A stretch of 64,000 bases of DNA from Patescibacteria group bacterium (GTDB lineage Bacteria > Patescibacteriota > Patescibacteriia > Patescibacteriales > UBA12075), in assembly GCA_018897195.1 (NCBI GenBank), contig JAHILH010000001.1, positions 412,565-476,564 on the forward strand. The letters run 5' to 3'. Numbering within the stretch: the first letter of the stretch is position 1; each line of letters starts with the position of its first letter. A model generated the notes under the pieces. That model saw nothing but the letters and a program-made list of their open reading frames with translations. It was not told the DNA's origin and did not search any database. This document shows positions 9,910-20,238 of this stretch, piece by piece. Position numbers and translations under genes: made by a program.

Positions 9910-12228
9910 TTATAACAAATAAAGTTCCGGATCAACATAAACACCATCCTTAATAAGTTCAAAATGAAGATGCGGACCATTGGAATACTGACCGGCGCCG
10001 GAAGTGCCTGGTGTGCCACCACTCTTACCCAGAAGCGCGGAAACATTAACTTGTTGACCGACACTCACACTAATCTGTGACAAATGACCATAAACAGTTC
10101 GATATCCATTACCGTGATCGATGGTAACATAACTATAACCAGACAATCCGCCATTAACAGCTGACACAACCGTCCCACTTTGTGCTGCCCGCACATTTGT
10201 ACTCTGACTGGCAGCAATATCAATACCCTCGTGAGCAAAACTATAAAGATATTTTGGATCATGAAATCCATAATTCACCCGACCCGAAACCGGCCAATGC
10301 AAAACAATCTTTGTCGCCCCTGTTTTTTCATTATATGTGTATGAACTAGTATTATTGCTTATTGCTGTAGGCGTAGTTTTGACACTTGTTGTCATTGTTG
10401 TCTTGCTACTTGCGCTCCCCCCAGTCACCACAACACTACTAGTGTTATTGCGCGCTTCATATTTACCGCCAAGCACAGAAACAGTTTTTTTCAAACTAGC
10501 GCCGCCATTAGTATTATACCCCACTTCTTTTAATACAATCTGATAATAATCACCAGTGTTTAGAATTGGGAGTTTGGCCACAAAGCCAATATTAACCGAT
10601 TTATTGGAACTGCTTAATGTCTTATTAAGACCAACGGAATAATAATCACTTGAGCCTATTCTCACTTCTTGCAAAACTTCACCAGTCCCATAATCAATAA
10701 TATACAGGCTATCTAGCCCTGGCGTGTTAACACCCTTTATCAGACTAAAACCAACTTTATTCAAATCCATTTCTTGCGCTGAACTTCTTAAATTAAATGA
10801 AGAAATAATTGTTCCCTTAATTTCATTCAATGTTTTTAAGCCAGGCATAGTACTTGCGGAATTAACCACCAAGCTTTGATCAATAATTTTATTGGACTCA
10901 TTAAGATTAACACTGCTATTTTTCACACCGACGCCATATTCTGCGCTCTCTGCCACTACTTTTTGCAATTGCAAATCAATATCGCTGTTCGTTCCATCCA
11001 AGATTCCCCCCAAGACCACAATCATCTTGCTGGAATTCTTACTAATTTTTAAATAATTCGGTTTAAAGATTATTTCCCGACCACTAATTGTCGGCAGCTG
11101 TGCAACAACAGTGTTATCAACTTTTAATTTTAAATTATTAAAATACGAATTTTTCAAACTGCCATTATTAACCAAAACAATCTGCTCGATCAAAACATCT
11201 TCACGGCCGCTGATTTCTTGCACAGTAAAACGACCAAAAACTTGACCCATGCTTCCCGCTACAATATCATGACTATAACCAATCAAAGACTCTTCAGTAA
11301 TACTTAATTCACCAAATAAGCCACTACTACGCACAAATTTATAAGTAGCTGATTTCAAAGACGCACTAGTCACTGCCGGTTTATTATTGTCACCAAAAAC
11401 ATTAGAACTAACTAATTCCAAAAACAAATCATTATTAATACAGGTCTCACAATTATTAAGATCAACAAAAATATTTATCTTTGTTTCATTATTATCAATC
11501 ACAAAAGCCTTGCTTCCCAAATTAAAAGTCAGTTCGCGATCATTAACGCTATTTTTTTCTGCCAAAACCACTCCGTCTTTTTCCAAATACACTTTAGCAA
11601 TTGCGGAACTATCATACAACCCCTTCAATGATACATTAATGGTGCTAACCTTGTTTTCCCCATTCAAGCTTCGCGCTCGTATTGTGCCGATATTATTATG
11701 TGTCGATCCCAAAGCCAAAGAAGTTTTCTTGGCACTATCCAAATTAACAGAAAAGCCGTAGGGATTAACATTAAAATCCTCCTCACCCGTATTGGCATAT
11801 TGTGACAATTCAAAAGCACTAATTTCCATTACCTGATTCCACCTGTAACCCAAACTTAAAAATTCCGCCTCAGATACTACAATCCTCTTCTTACCATCTC
11901 TGATTATATAAACAGTCGGATTATTTTTCACCTTAACCACCTCCGCTGTTTTCCACTGATTCAAATAAGCCGGCGCGATTGTCTTAATCTGGTTTAATTT
12001 ATTGCCATATGCTAAAAAAACCGCCTCATTTATATAAGCCTTCTTAATCTTTTGCGCGTGATTCAAATAATAAACCACCGGACTATCCGGATATTTTACC
12101 TGGGTTATATTCTTATCAATCCCCAGGGCCGCTTCGGCATTTTGCGCACGCAAAAAAAGCACACAAAAAGCACCAACCGCTAAAATTTTCCAGAATCTAT
12201 TTAAATTGTCTTTTGAAAAAATAAACAT
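9910..12228 (-). CDS. Large secreted protein with C-terminal M23 peptidase
   Basis: Signal peptide (AQNAEA), beta-rich repeats, S/T linker, HEGID, YGHL and GPHLHFE; start moved to the ATG at 12228. Confidence 0.85.
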   Translation of the reverse strand: MFIFSKDNLNRFWKILAVGAFCVLFLRAQNAEAALGIDKNITQVKYPDSPVVYYLNHAQKIKKAYINEAVFLAYGNKLNQIKTIAPAYLNQWKTAEVVKVKNNPTVYIIRDGKKRIVVSEAEFLSLGYRWNQVMEISAFELSQYANTGEEDFNVNPYGFSVNLDSAKKTSLALGSTHNNIGTIRARSLNGENKVSTINVSLKGLYDSSAIAKVYLEKDGVVLAEKNSVNDRELTFNLGSKAFVIDNNETKINIFVDLNNCETCINNDLFLELVSSNVFGDNNKPAVTSASLKSATYKFVRSSGLFGELSITEESLIGYSHDIVAGSMGQVFGRFTVQEISGREDVLIEQIVLVNNGSLKNSYFNNLKLKVDNTVVAQLPTISGREIIFKPNYLKISKNSSKMIVVLGGILDGTNSDIDLQLQKVVAESAEYGVGVKNSSVNLNESNKIIDQSLVVNSASTMPGLKTLNEIKGTIISSFNLRSSAQEMDLNKVGFSLIKGVNTPGLDSLYIIDYGTGEVLQEVRIGSSDYYSVGLNKTLSSSNKSVNIGFVAKLPILNTGDYYQIVLKEVGYNTNGGASLKKTVSVLGGKYEARNNTSSVVVTGGSASSKTTMTTSVKTTPTAISNNTSSYTYNEKTGATKIVLHWPVSGRVNYGFHDPKYLYSFAHEGIDIAASQSTNVRAAQSGTVVSAVNGGLSGYSYVTIDHGNGYRTVYGHLSQISVSVGQQVNVSALLGKSGGTPGTSGAGQYSNGPHLHFELIKDGVYVDPELYLL

Positions 12229-12428
12229 AAAAAAGCCGACGGCTTTTTGTATGGTTGGAAATTCATTTTCCACAACCAAAACAAAATCTGTTAAGATTAA
12301 ATAACATACCAATATAGCATACTTTTACTAAAATGTCAAACAAATGTAAGTAAATATGCTATTTGCAGTAATTATTTAGACAAAGACATTGGATAAATAC
12401 CTTAATATAAGCAAATTTCCCATAACTA

Positions 12429-12457
12429 TTGACAAATATTCAATAATATGCTAATAT
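12429..12457 (+). promoter_or_regulatory. Sigma70-type promoter for the orphan ORF
   Basis: TTGACA followed by an extended -10-like TGCTAATAT. Confidence 0.55.
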
Positions 12458-12548
12458 AAAAAATCGTACAATGAAATTATCCAAAGTACGTAATATCAGA
12501 ACATTAACATTTTATTTTGCTTCACTCACCCCAAATGGAGGAATAACC

Positions 12549-13796
12549 ATGACTGAGATTATTGCCACACCGACCACGCAAACCAAGATTACCCTTTTGG
12601 AGAAATCAGCCTGGATCAAACTAGTGTCGGGCATCCGGAAAATTATTGCTGGAAATATCAGAATCACAAACGCCGAGATTGAAAAATCAATCGTGGCCAA
12701 CAACCCGAACTATGCCAGTAAACTGATTGACCTAGCCGCCAATACGGCCAGAAATTTTCACCAGAGCTATTTGGAATACCTGGCAGTAATGCAGCCACTA
12801 AGCTACGGCAACGAAGCCATGGAAGCATCCATTCTTGAATATTTGACGGGAAGCCTTCAAATAAAGAGCACCATCGCCAAGGCGGCCATCCTGGAAGCAC
12901 GAGCCGAGCTCAAGAAAATGGCTTTTGCCATGATGGAAAAAACTGCCAAGAACGAAGTCAAACCCGAAGATGTCCACACCAAGCCGACAAAGATCGCAGC
13001 ACGGATCAAAGATGACCACTATGATGGCGATCTGACTGAAAGTCTTTTTGGGATGTTGGTCGTCGCCACTGACGCACAGCAAAAGATTCTCTGGCAAGAC
13101 TGGCAGAAAAAATATCGGGAAGAGCAGAGGCTACGTTCCGAGCAAAGTGCGGCCGACGAAAAAGCCAGGAAAGAGCGGGCTACAGTCACGGCTACTGCCC
13201 GTGCGAATGAAGACGAAGCTAAAGCAATCGCCAAGGCCAAAAAAGATGCAGAAAGAGCACAGAGGCTCAATGAGGTTCTGCGCCGTCCGCGTGTGAAATT
13301 CACAATAGCCGGCCGAATCTTCTTTGCTTTTAACGTCAACCAAGAAGAAGCTTTCTTGTTGGACGACGGCACCTTCTGCGTTAACGACGGGGCGTTCTTC
13401 CGGGTTAACAAGAACCCTAAAAATGGCCGAACCTCAACCACAACTCTTGTCGGCGCAGAATTTGTTGTCGACAGAAAAGAAGAATCATCAAACATTAATG
13501 ACTCGCTTACTATGCCGTCCGCCTTTAGTCCGGAAAAAGCTCAGTCAATCTGGGTGGTTTACGAAGATCTATCTGGTCGTGAGCAAACAGTCAAAGCGAT
13601 GGTAATTCCCAGTAAACACTTCGTCAATCTGACGATTAACGATGACGACAGTGGAATACTCATCATCAACGACGAGAACGGAGGCCCTCTGTACCGAAAA
13701 ACGGCCAGCACGGAATTCCAAATTGGAACATGTCGACTGGCAACGAGGAGAGAAAAAACCGCCATCAAGGGACAAAAAATGTCCATGGCTGCGTAA
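12549..13796 (+). CDS. Hypothetical protein with central coiled coil
   Basis: 415-aa ORF from the ATG after GGAGG; own promoter and terminator; visibly more GC-rich than its flanks; no recognised motif. Confidence 0.75.
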   Translation: MTEIIATPTTQTKITLLEKSAWIKLVSGIRKIIAGNIRITNAEIEKSIVANNPNYASKLIDLAANTARNFHQSYLEYLAVMQPLSYGNEAMEASILEYLTGSLQIKSTIAKAAILEARAELKKMAFAMMEKTAKNEVKPEDVHTKPTKIAARIKDDHYDGDLTESLFGMLVVATDAQQKILWQDWQKKYREEQRLRSEQSAADEKARKERATVTATARANEDEAKAIAKAKKDAERAQRLNEVLRRPRVKFTIAGRIFFAFNVNQEEAFLLDDGTFCVNDGAFFRVNKNPKNGRTSTTTLVGAEFVVDRKEESSNINDSLTMPSAFSPEKAQSIWVVYEDLSGREQTVKAMVIPSKHFVNLTINDDDSGILIINDENGGPLYRKTASTEFQIGTCRLATRREKTAIKGQKMSMAA

Positions 13797-13823
13797 AAGC
13801 AATAACGTCCAAAACGTACACAA

Positions 13824-13859
13824 AAAAGCCTGTAAACACTCACGTGAATACAGGCTTTT
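13824..13859. terminator. Bidirectional terminator
   Basis: AAAAGCCTGTA / TACAGGCTTTT between convergent genes. Confidence 0.7.
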
Positions 13860-13880
13860 AAATTTGTAAAAAATATTTAC

Positions 13881-14723
13881 TTATTTCTTATCCTTATTCC
13901 GATTCAAATCAACCTCAGCAATCGTATACCCCTCCCCTTTTTCACCTGGAAACTTGACCATCACGCATTGCTTCAAAGTCCGGTGACCAATCACTTCGCC
14001 CTTTTTACCATCAACATCCACCTTTTTACCAAGTGGCGGCATTTTTTTAAATAACTCTTCATAACCGGCTTGCTCGTAAGCCAAACAGCACATCAAACGA
14101 CCACAAATGCCGGAGATACGATCCGAACCGCGATGAGAACATTGTTGCATTTCAGACATTTCTGAGGTAATTGAATCCAAGTTCTTTAAATGCCCACGAC
14201 AACACAAAGGACGCCCACAGTGACCACAGTCACCACAGATACGCGCTTCGTCGCGAATACCGATTTGTTGCAAACGAATACTACGTCCGAAATGACGGGT
14301 CAAATCTTTGACCAGATTACGAAAGTCGATGCGACCATCAGCGATAAAAGCAAAAGTGACGCGAGACCTATCGAAGGAAAAATGGACATCCAGGAATTTC
14401 ATTTCCAAATTATACTTCTCCTTCATTGACTTAGCATATTCCAAGGCATCCTGTTTGTCTTTTTTTGTTGGCAGACCCTCCGCGTCTCGCTCGGTTACAA
14501 AGCGCAAAATCGGCTTGATTTCTCGCTTTTCTTTTTCATCATCCGCCTTGGATTTTTTGTAAAATTCTTCTTCATTGACCTCGGTTAAACCGATAACCTT
14601 ACCGATTTCCTCGCCAATATCAGTCTTAACAACCACTTGATCATTTACATGAACATCAAGGTTATTCAAAGAAAAATAATATGTCTTATCCCAAGGGGAA
14701 AATTGTATTTGAGCTACTTTCAT
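13881..14723 (-). CDS. ricT: PSP1-domain protein RicT/YaaT
   Basis: ADGRIDFRNLVKDL, QIGIRDEAR, CGRPLCC and ISGICGRLMCCLAYE motifs. Confidence 0.9.
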   Translation of the reverse strand: MKVAQIQFSPWDKTYYFSLNNLDVHVNDQVVVKTDIGEEIGKVIGLTEVNEEEFYKKSKADDEKEKREIKPILRFVTERDAEGLPTKKDKQDALEYAKSMKEKYNLEMKFLDVHFSFDRSRVTFAFIADGRIDFRNLVKDLTRHFGRSIRLQQIGIRDEARICGDCGHCGRPLCCRGHLKNLDSITSEMSEMQQCSHRGSDRISGICGRLMCCLAYEQAGYEELFKKMPPLGKKVDVDGKKGEVIGHRTLKQCVMVKFPGEKGEGYTIAEVDLNRNKDKK

Positions 14724-14740
14724 TTAATCATTATTTCGTC

Positions 14741-14911
14741 CGTCATCCCCGCGAAGGCGGGGATCCAGGTACCTCGTAGATTGATTTCAGTATAAGGAAA
14801 ATTAAAATTTACGAAGTATTATTTATTATCTATATTTATATTAAGATTAGTCTCTATAACCACATATTCGAAGTCTGTGGCGCCTGGATTCCCGCCTTCG
14901 CGGGAATGACG
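14741..14911. repeat. 171-bp REPIN/MITE-like element with inverted REP-type ends (family A, copy 1)
   Basis: Left CGTCATCCCCGCGAAGGCGGGGATCCAGG, right CCTGGATTCCCGCCTTCGCGGGAATGACG; about 149/171 identical to 23583-23753 by manual count. Confidence 0.9.
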
Positions 14912-14912
14912 C

Positions 14913-15683
14913 TTATAGCACAATCCGAATAAACTTCTCAATCACCGCGCTCGCATCAGCCTCTTTCAAAACTTGCTCTACGCTTTTCTTGTCATCTTTG
15001 ATGTATAATTGCTTTAACAAACAAACTTCTTCGTAATATTTACTTACCTTACCACTCAAGATTTTTTCAATCATTTCTGCTGGTTTACCTTCCTTAGATA
15101 ATTGTTCACGATAAATATCTTTTTCCTTTTCTACCTCCTCAGCCACTACATCTTCCGGCTTCAAATAAGCAGGCGCCATTGCTACGGCGTGCATTGCAAT
15201 TCCACTTGCCAATTCAGCGTCAACAACTTTATTAAAAACAATGACACTCGCCAACTTCGCATTTGAGTGCACATAAGTTGCGACAAATTCACCAGTCTCT
15301 GTTTCAGTACCACCAAGAGTTAAATTTTCACCAATCTTCAAGATAACGGCATCTTTCTTTTGGCCAAAATATTCCTCAGCGCTACCAGTTAGTCCCGCCT
15401 CAGCTACTTCCGCTGCAAAAGCTTTAAAGTCGTCATTGCGAGCCACGAAATCACTTTCGCATTGCACCTTAACTACAGAAACTTTTTTGTTATCACCGGT
15501 CAAAGCAATCGCTACTACGCCTTCAGCTGTCATACGATCAGCTTTCTTCGCCGCCTTAGCGCCACTTTTCTTTCTAATAATTTCAATTGCTTTCTCAATG
15601 TCTCCACCTGATTCATCCAAAGCATTTTTACATTCAACCATACCAGCACCGGTGATTTCTCTTAATTGTTTAATTTTCTCCAT
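14913..15683 (-). CDS. tsf: Elongation factor Ts
   Basis: IKQLREITGAGMVECKNAL and CESDFVARN; follows rpsB. Confidence 0.98.
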   Translation of the reverse strand: MEKIKQLREITGAGMVECKNALDESGGDIEKAIEIIRKKSGAKAAKKADRMTAEGVVAIALTGDNKKVSVVKVQCESDFVARNDDFKAFAAEVAEAGLTGSAEEYFGQKKDAVILKIGENLTLGGTETETGEFVATYVHSNAKLASVIVFNKVVDAELASGIAMHAVAMAPAYLKPEDVVAEEVEKEKDIYREQLSKEGKPAEMIEKILSGKVSKYYEEVCLLKQLYIKDDKKSVEQVLKEADASAVIEKFIRIVL

Positions 15684-15722
15684 ATTGTTTTGATTATATT
15701 AATTTAATATATTTTATCGACA

Positions 15723-15814
15723 GCTCCCTCTCCTTTGTAGGAGAGGGCTAGGGTGAGGTAGAGATTTTTAATAATACTCCCTCACCCCGACCCTCTCCCG
15801 GCGGGGCGAGGGAG
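15723..15814. repeat. Inverted pair of CCCTCTCC...GGAGAGGG palindromes (family B, copy 1)
   Basis: GCTCCCTCTCCTTTGTAGGAGAGGGCTAGGGTGAGG ... CCCTCACCCCGACCCTCTCCCGGCGGGGCGAGGGAG; second copy at 27654-27851. Confidence 0.85.
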
Positions 15815-15864
15815 TATACACACCATCTTCCTTCTAAAAAGAAAAATGAGATGCTTAATATTTG

Positions 15865-16596
15865 TTATTTAACAACTTCTTTTTTCGCCTCAACTTTTGC
15901 TTCTACTTTTGCTCCTTCTTTTTTACCTTCGATAATTGCTTCCTTGACTGAGTTCAAAATTAATTTAATAGTCTTAGTCGCATCATCATTAGACGGAATA
16001 ATATAGTTAATATTTTCTGGATTTGTATTTGTGTCACATACAGCCGCTACTGGGATGTTCTTTTTCTTAGCTTCCAAAATAGATGTATTTTCATTCTTAA
16101 TATCCCAAACGAAAATCAAGTCAGGCATTTTCATCAAGTTTACTAAACCGCCGACTTTTCTTTCTAATTTTTCAATTTCACGGTCAATTCCTAATTGTTC
16201 TTTCTTGGTATATTTTTCCAATTTGCCACTTGCACGATCATCGGTTAATTCTTTATATTTCTTTACTAATTTTCTCACTACTGGGAAGTTGGTCAAACAA
16301 CCGCCGATCCATTTTTCACAAACATAAGGCATGCCAGCCTCTTCTGCGATTGCCTTGATAGTATTCTTTGCTTGCATCTTGGTGCCAACGATTAAAATCG
16401 TCTTGCCTTCAGCTGAAAATTTCTTCATTAATTCCAAGGCATTTTCTAACATTTTTCTTGATTTAACCAAATCAATAACATGCACGCCATTGCGAGCGCC
16501 AAAGATATATGGCTTCATTTTTGGGTGCCATTTGCTTGTTCTGTGGCCGAAATGCATTCCAGCCTTGAGCATTTGCTCAATTGTAGGTGTGTTCAT
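15865..16596 (-). CDS. rpsB: 30S ribosomal protein S2
   Basis: MLKAGMHFGHRTSKWHPKM, WIGGCLTNF, DTN, PSNDDA motifs. Confidence 0.98.
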   Translation of the reverse strand: MNTPTIEQMLKAGMHFGHRTSKWHPKMKPYIFGARNGVHVIDLVKSRKMLENALELMKKFSAEGKTILIVGTKMQAKNTIKAIAEEAGMPYVCEKWIGGCLTNFPVVRKLVKKYKELTDDRASGKLEKYTKKEQLGIDREIEKLERKVGGLVNLMKMPDLIFVWDIKNENTSILEAKKKNIPVAAVCDTNTNPENINYIIPSNDDATKTIKLILNSVKEAIIEGKKEGAKVEAKVEAKKEVVK

Positions 16597-16866
16597 AGTT
16601 TTTTTTCCTTTAATCCTCTACTCCTGGGTATATAAATTAAGCTTTAATTAGCCAAATTTACAAGGAATTATTAAATAATAATAGGAGTATGAGTGATTTA
16701 TTATATTTTTTGAATAAAAACATGGCCTATGTTTAAGCCATGTATATACACTATATAACATTTCTTCCCATTGTGTCAATATTGACAGATATCATTTTAT
16801 ATGATAAATTAGAATATGTTCAAAAAATGTTTTGAACTAAGATTAAAATCTTCAAGAGGGGTGTTT

Positions 16867-17175
16867 ATGAAAAAAATGTTCTTACCTTTGGCCCTTGTCG
16901 CTCTTTTCAATTTTACAAATTTTTCCATCACCACCGCTCAGGCCTGTGACGATAATGACATACTAGTTACAACCAAAATTAACATCATTGAAATCGTAAC
17001 AAAAAACACAAACGTGTGTCTCGAAGGCGGAAAAAATTATCGAATTATATCCCTCGATCGTGGCTACTTCTTTGACACATCACACATCAATACCAATGAG
17101 GAGGCTCAAATTCCACTAGACGAGGGTGTCTATATAATTGCCGATATAAAATGGTTGCGCAGTGTAGCCTTGTAA
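16867..17175 (+). CDS. Small exported hypothetical protein
   Basis: MKKMFLPLALVALF signal-like start after GAGGGG; TTGACA promoter near 16782; hairpin plus T-run at about 17195-17220. Confidence 0.6.
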   Translation: MKKMFLPLALVALFNFTNFSITTAQACDDNDILVTTKINIIEIVTKNTNVCLEGGKNYRIISLDRGYFFDTSHINTNEEAQIPLDEGVYIIADIKWLRSVAL

Positions 17176-17222
17176 AAAAATAAAAAAATTATCTAACCCT
17201 TGCGCAAGTGAGGGTTTTTTAT

Positions 17223-18296
17223 TTACCGAGTTATCACACCACCACCCAATAGTTCATTGCCACGGTAAAAGACAGCGCTTTGACCAATGGCAATGGCGCG
17301 CTGCGATTGAGAGAATTTGACGTGATATGATTTTTGGCCGTCATCACTTATTTCTGCTTTTCCAATCACACACTCTACACTTCTGTGTCGATAGCGAATT
17401 ACCACTTCGCAGGCAAATGGCAAGACTGGCTCTTTGCCGGAAATCCAGTTCACATTTTCAACAAACAATTCATCACGAAAAAGACCGGTGTCATTATAAT
17501 TATTGACGACATAGAGTATATTATGAACATAATCAAGTTTCACCACATAGTAAGGACCGGTGCCGCCGATTTCGATTCCCCGTCTCTGGCCAATTGTATA
17601 TAATGGCAAGCCCTGATGTTCGCCTAATTTTTTATCATTCAAATCACGAATCTCACCTGACTCTAATTTAATTTTACCTTTCAAGAAATCATTATGCTCA
17701 CCAGGCAAAAAACAAACATCTTGGCTTTCAGTTTTTAAATTTGGCAAATCAAGTTTTTCGGCAAGTTTCTTTACATCAGCTTTATCATAGTCAGCTAGAG
17801 GAAAAAAAATCTTTTTCAATAAATCCTGACTCAAATTATATAAAAAGTAGCTCTGGTCCTTGTTCTGATCTTCCCCTTTTAATAATTTATAAGTCATTTC
17901 ATCGTCCGACATGCGAAATTCGACATTCTTGATATAATGCCCAGTTGCCAAATAATCCGCTCCCAAATCCATGGCCCGCTTAAAAAGTTCACCAAATTTT
18001 ATCATCTTGTTGCAACGCACACAGGGGTTTGGGGTTTGTCCACCTTGATAGGCATCAATATAATAGTCGATAATTTCTTTTTGAAACTTCTCGGCAATAT
18101 TTAAGGGATAAAATTTAATACCCAACTTTTCGCAAACCAAACGCGCAGCGTCTTCAGCTGGTTTGTAATTATCGTTTAAGCGCATGAAAATACCGATAAC
18201 CTCATAGCCCTTTTGCAAAAGCAAATGAGCCGCCACGGCCGAATCAACACCGCCAGAAATTGCGATTGCAACTAATTTTTTATTATTGTTAATCAT
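17223..18296 (-). CDS. mnmA: tRNA 2-thiouridylase
   Basis: SGGVDS, TPNPCVRCN, ATGHY, KDQSYFL, ESQDVCF, YTIGQRRG motifs. Confidence 0.97.
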   Translation of the reverse strand: MINNNKKLVAIAISGGVDSAVAAHLLLQKGYEVIGIFMRLNDNYKPAEDAARLVCEKLGIKFYPLNIAEKFQKEIIDYYIDAYQGGQTPNPCVRCNKMIKFGELFKRAMDLGADYLATGHYIKNVEFRMSDDEMTYKLLKGEDQNKDQSYFLYNLSQDLLKKIFFPLADYDKADVKKLAEKLDLPNLKTESQDVCFLPGEHNDFLKGKIKLESGEIRDLNDKKLGEHQGLPLYTIGQRRGIEIGGTGPYYVVKLDYVHNILYVVNNYNDTGLFRDELFVENVNWISGKEPVLPFACEVVIRYRHRSVECVIGKAEISDDGQKSYHVKFSQSQRAIAIGQSAVFYRGNELLGGGVITR

Positions 18297-18360
18297 AGGT
18301 TAAAAAAATCCCCAAAACTAATTAGTCTTGGGGATTTTCTGAGAGCTTATCTAAAATAAT

Positions 18361-18972
18361 TTACTTACCTTTCTTTGCTGGTGCTTTTGCTTTTTCATCT
18401 ACTGCCGCTTCTTTCTTTTTCGGTGCCAAGACATTAACGATTAATTCCCCAGGATGACCCAAGATTTCAACACTCTTAGCAATCGGTAAATCTTTCACGC
18501 GTATACTATCAGCAAAAGTTTTTAAGGCTGATAAATCAACTTCAACATTTTTTACTAAATTACCTGGAAGACATTTTACTTTTACCGTTTCTCTATTAAC
18601 CAACATCGTACCACCCATCTTTTTCACTGTTTCCGATTCGCCTACAAAAAGCAAAGGAATTTCTACGATAACTTTACGAGTTTCATCAACTTGGTAAAAA
18701 TCAACATGGGTAATATCCTCTTTCATTCTTGATTTTTGGATAGTTTTCACAATTACGCGAACTGAATCCTTGCTATCAATAGTTAGGTTAAAAATCTGTG
18801 ATTGACCAACTTTGTTGTAAAAATTAACAAAATCTTGCTTTTTCAATTTCAAATTAACATTTTTTGATTTTGGACCATAAACACACGCTAAAATAAAACC
18901 AGCGTCTTTTACATTTTTTAAATTTTCCTTAATATCTCTAGTCAGAGCATTAAAAACTAGTTCTTGTGACAT
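18361..18972 (-). CDS. rplY: 50S ribosomal protein L25 (CTC type)
   Basis: ACVYG, HVDFYQV, IPLLFVGE and VKCLP motifs. Confidence 0.9.
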   Translation of the reverse strand: MSQELVFNALTRDIKENLKNVKDAGFILACVYGPKSKNVNLKLKKQDFVNFYNKVGQSQIFNLTIDSKDSVRVIVKTIQKSRMKEDITHVDFYQVDETRKVIVEIPLLFVGESETVKKMGGTMLVNRETVKVKCLPGNLVKNVEVDLSALKTFADSIRVKDLPIAKSVEILGHPGELIVNVLAPKKKEAAVDEKAKAPAKKGK

Positions 18973-19115
18973 ATTTTTATACAATTATAATCCAAATTAT
19001 TATTTTAGATTTTTTTTAATTACAAACAAAAAAAATACAAGAATTTCAAGTGATTTTGCAAAATTCTTGCTATTTTTCCTTACTAAAAAAAGTTTAACAC
19101 ATTGTTGAAAAAAAA

Positions 19116-20225
19116 TCAATACTTGGATCGATTCCTAATATTTATGCTTTCAGCAATCCCAACCAAAATAAAGGTCGATATAACCACTGAACCACCATAG
19201 CTCAAAAATGGCAAAGCAATGCCCACCACGGGCAAAAGACCGATATTCATGCCAATATTAACAAACATTTCAATAAATATCATAAACATCATGCCCAAAA
19301 GAAAATAAATCGCAAAATCATCATTGGCTTTTCTAATTATCGCCACTAAACGCAAGAAAAAAACAGCAAAAAGGGAAATCACCAAAATAACCCCCATTAA
19401 TCCCAACTCCTCTGAAATAACCGCAAATATAAAATCAGTTTGTGCCTCTGGCAAAAACTTTAACTGCGACTGCGAACCAAAGCCAATACCCCGCCCAAAC
19501 AAACCGCCTGAGCCAACTGCAATAATCGCTTGGGTAATATTATAGCCCTCACCCAAAGAATCCTCCACTGATGGTTTAAAAAAGGTCATAATTCTTTGTT
19601 TTTGATAAGGCTTAAAAAATACCAACCAACCCATCACAAACACCAACACCAAAACACCACCAATGACATAAATATATTTCATATCAAAACCAGCAAAGAA
19701 AATCATTGCCCCCCAAATTGCAAACAAAATCAAAGCAGCGCCAAAGTCGGGTTGCTTCATCACCATCAAAATATAAACAAAACTGGCTAAGCCAGACACT
19801 AGCAGGTGGCGCAAGGGATTCATCCTAACTGAGTTATTAGAAAAATACTTAGCCAGAAAAATAATCAAGATTATCTTGGCAAACTCAACCGGTTGTAAAC
19901 GAAAGCCACCGATATCATACCATCCCATGGTACCTTTGACCGTTGTACCGATCACCAGTACACCCAATAGCAAAGCACCGCCGATAATATAAAGATAATT
20001 ACCAAAACTGCGAAAATTATGATAATCAATAAATGACAAAAAAATCATTACCCCAAGACCTAGTAGCACAAAAACAACCTGCTTCTTAAAATTGCCTAAA
20101 TCGGAACCACTCTTGCTCAAAGCAATGCTATAAATCTCAGCCAAGCCAAATAAGATCAATAAAAAAACTGAAAAAAACAATATCCAGTCGAACTTTTTTA
20201 AATATGAGAATATTCTACCAAACAT
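19116..20225 (-). CDS. rodA: SEDS-family protein RodA
   Basis: QPVEFAK, QPDFG, AIIAVGSGG, LPEAQTDFIF and LPFLSYGGS motifs. Confidence 0.9.
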   Translation of the reverse strand: MFGRIFSYLKKFDWILFFSVFLLILFGLAEIYSIALSKSGSDLGNFKKQVVFVLLGLGVMIFLSFIDYHNFRSFGNYLYIIGGALLLGVLVIGTTVKGTMGWYDIGGFRLQPVEFAKIILIIFLAKYFSNNSVRMNPLRHLLVSGLASFVYILMVMKQPDFGAALILFAIWGAMIFFAGFDMKYIYVIGGVLVLVFVMGWLVFFKPYQKQRIMTFFKPSVEDSLGEGYNITQAIIAVGSGGLFGRGIGFGSQSQLKFLPEAQTDFIFAVISEELGLMGVILVISLFAVFFLRLVAIIRKANDDFAIYFLLGMMFMIFIEMFVNIGMNIGLLPVVGIALPFLSYGGSVVISTFILVGIAESINIRNRSKY

Positions 20226-20238
20226 CTACAGTAAAAAA

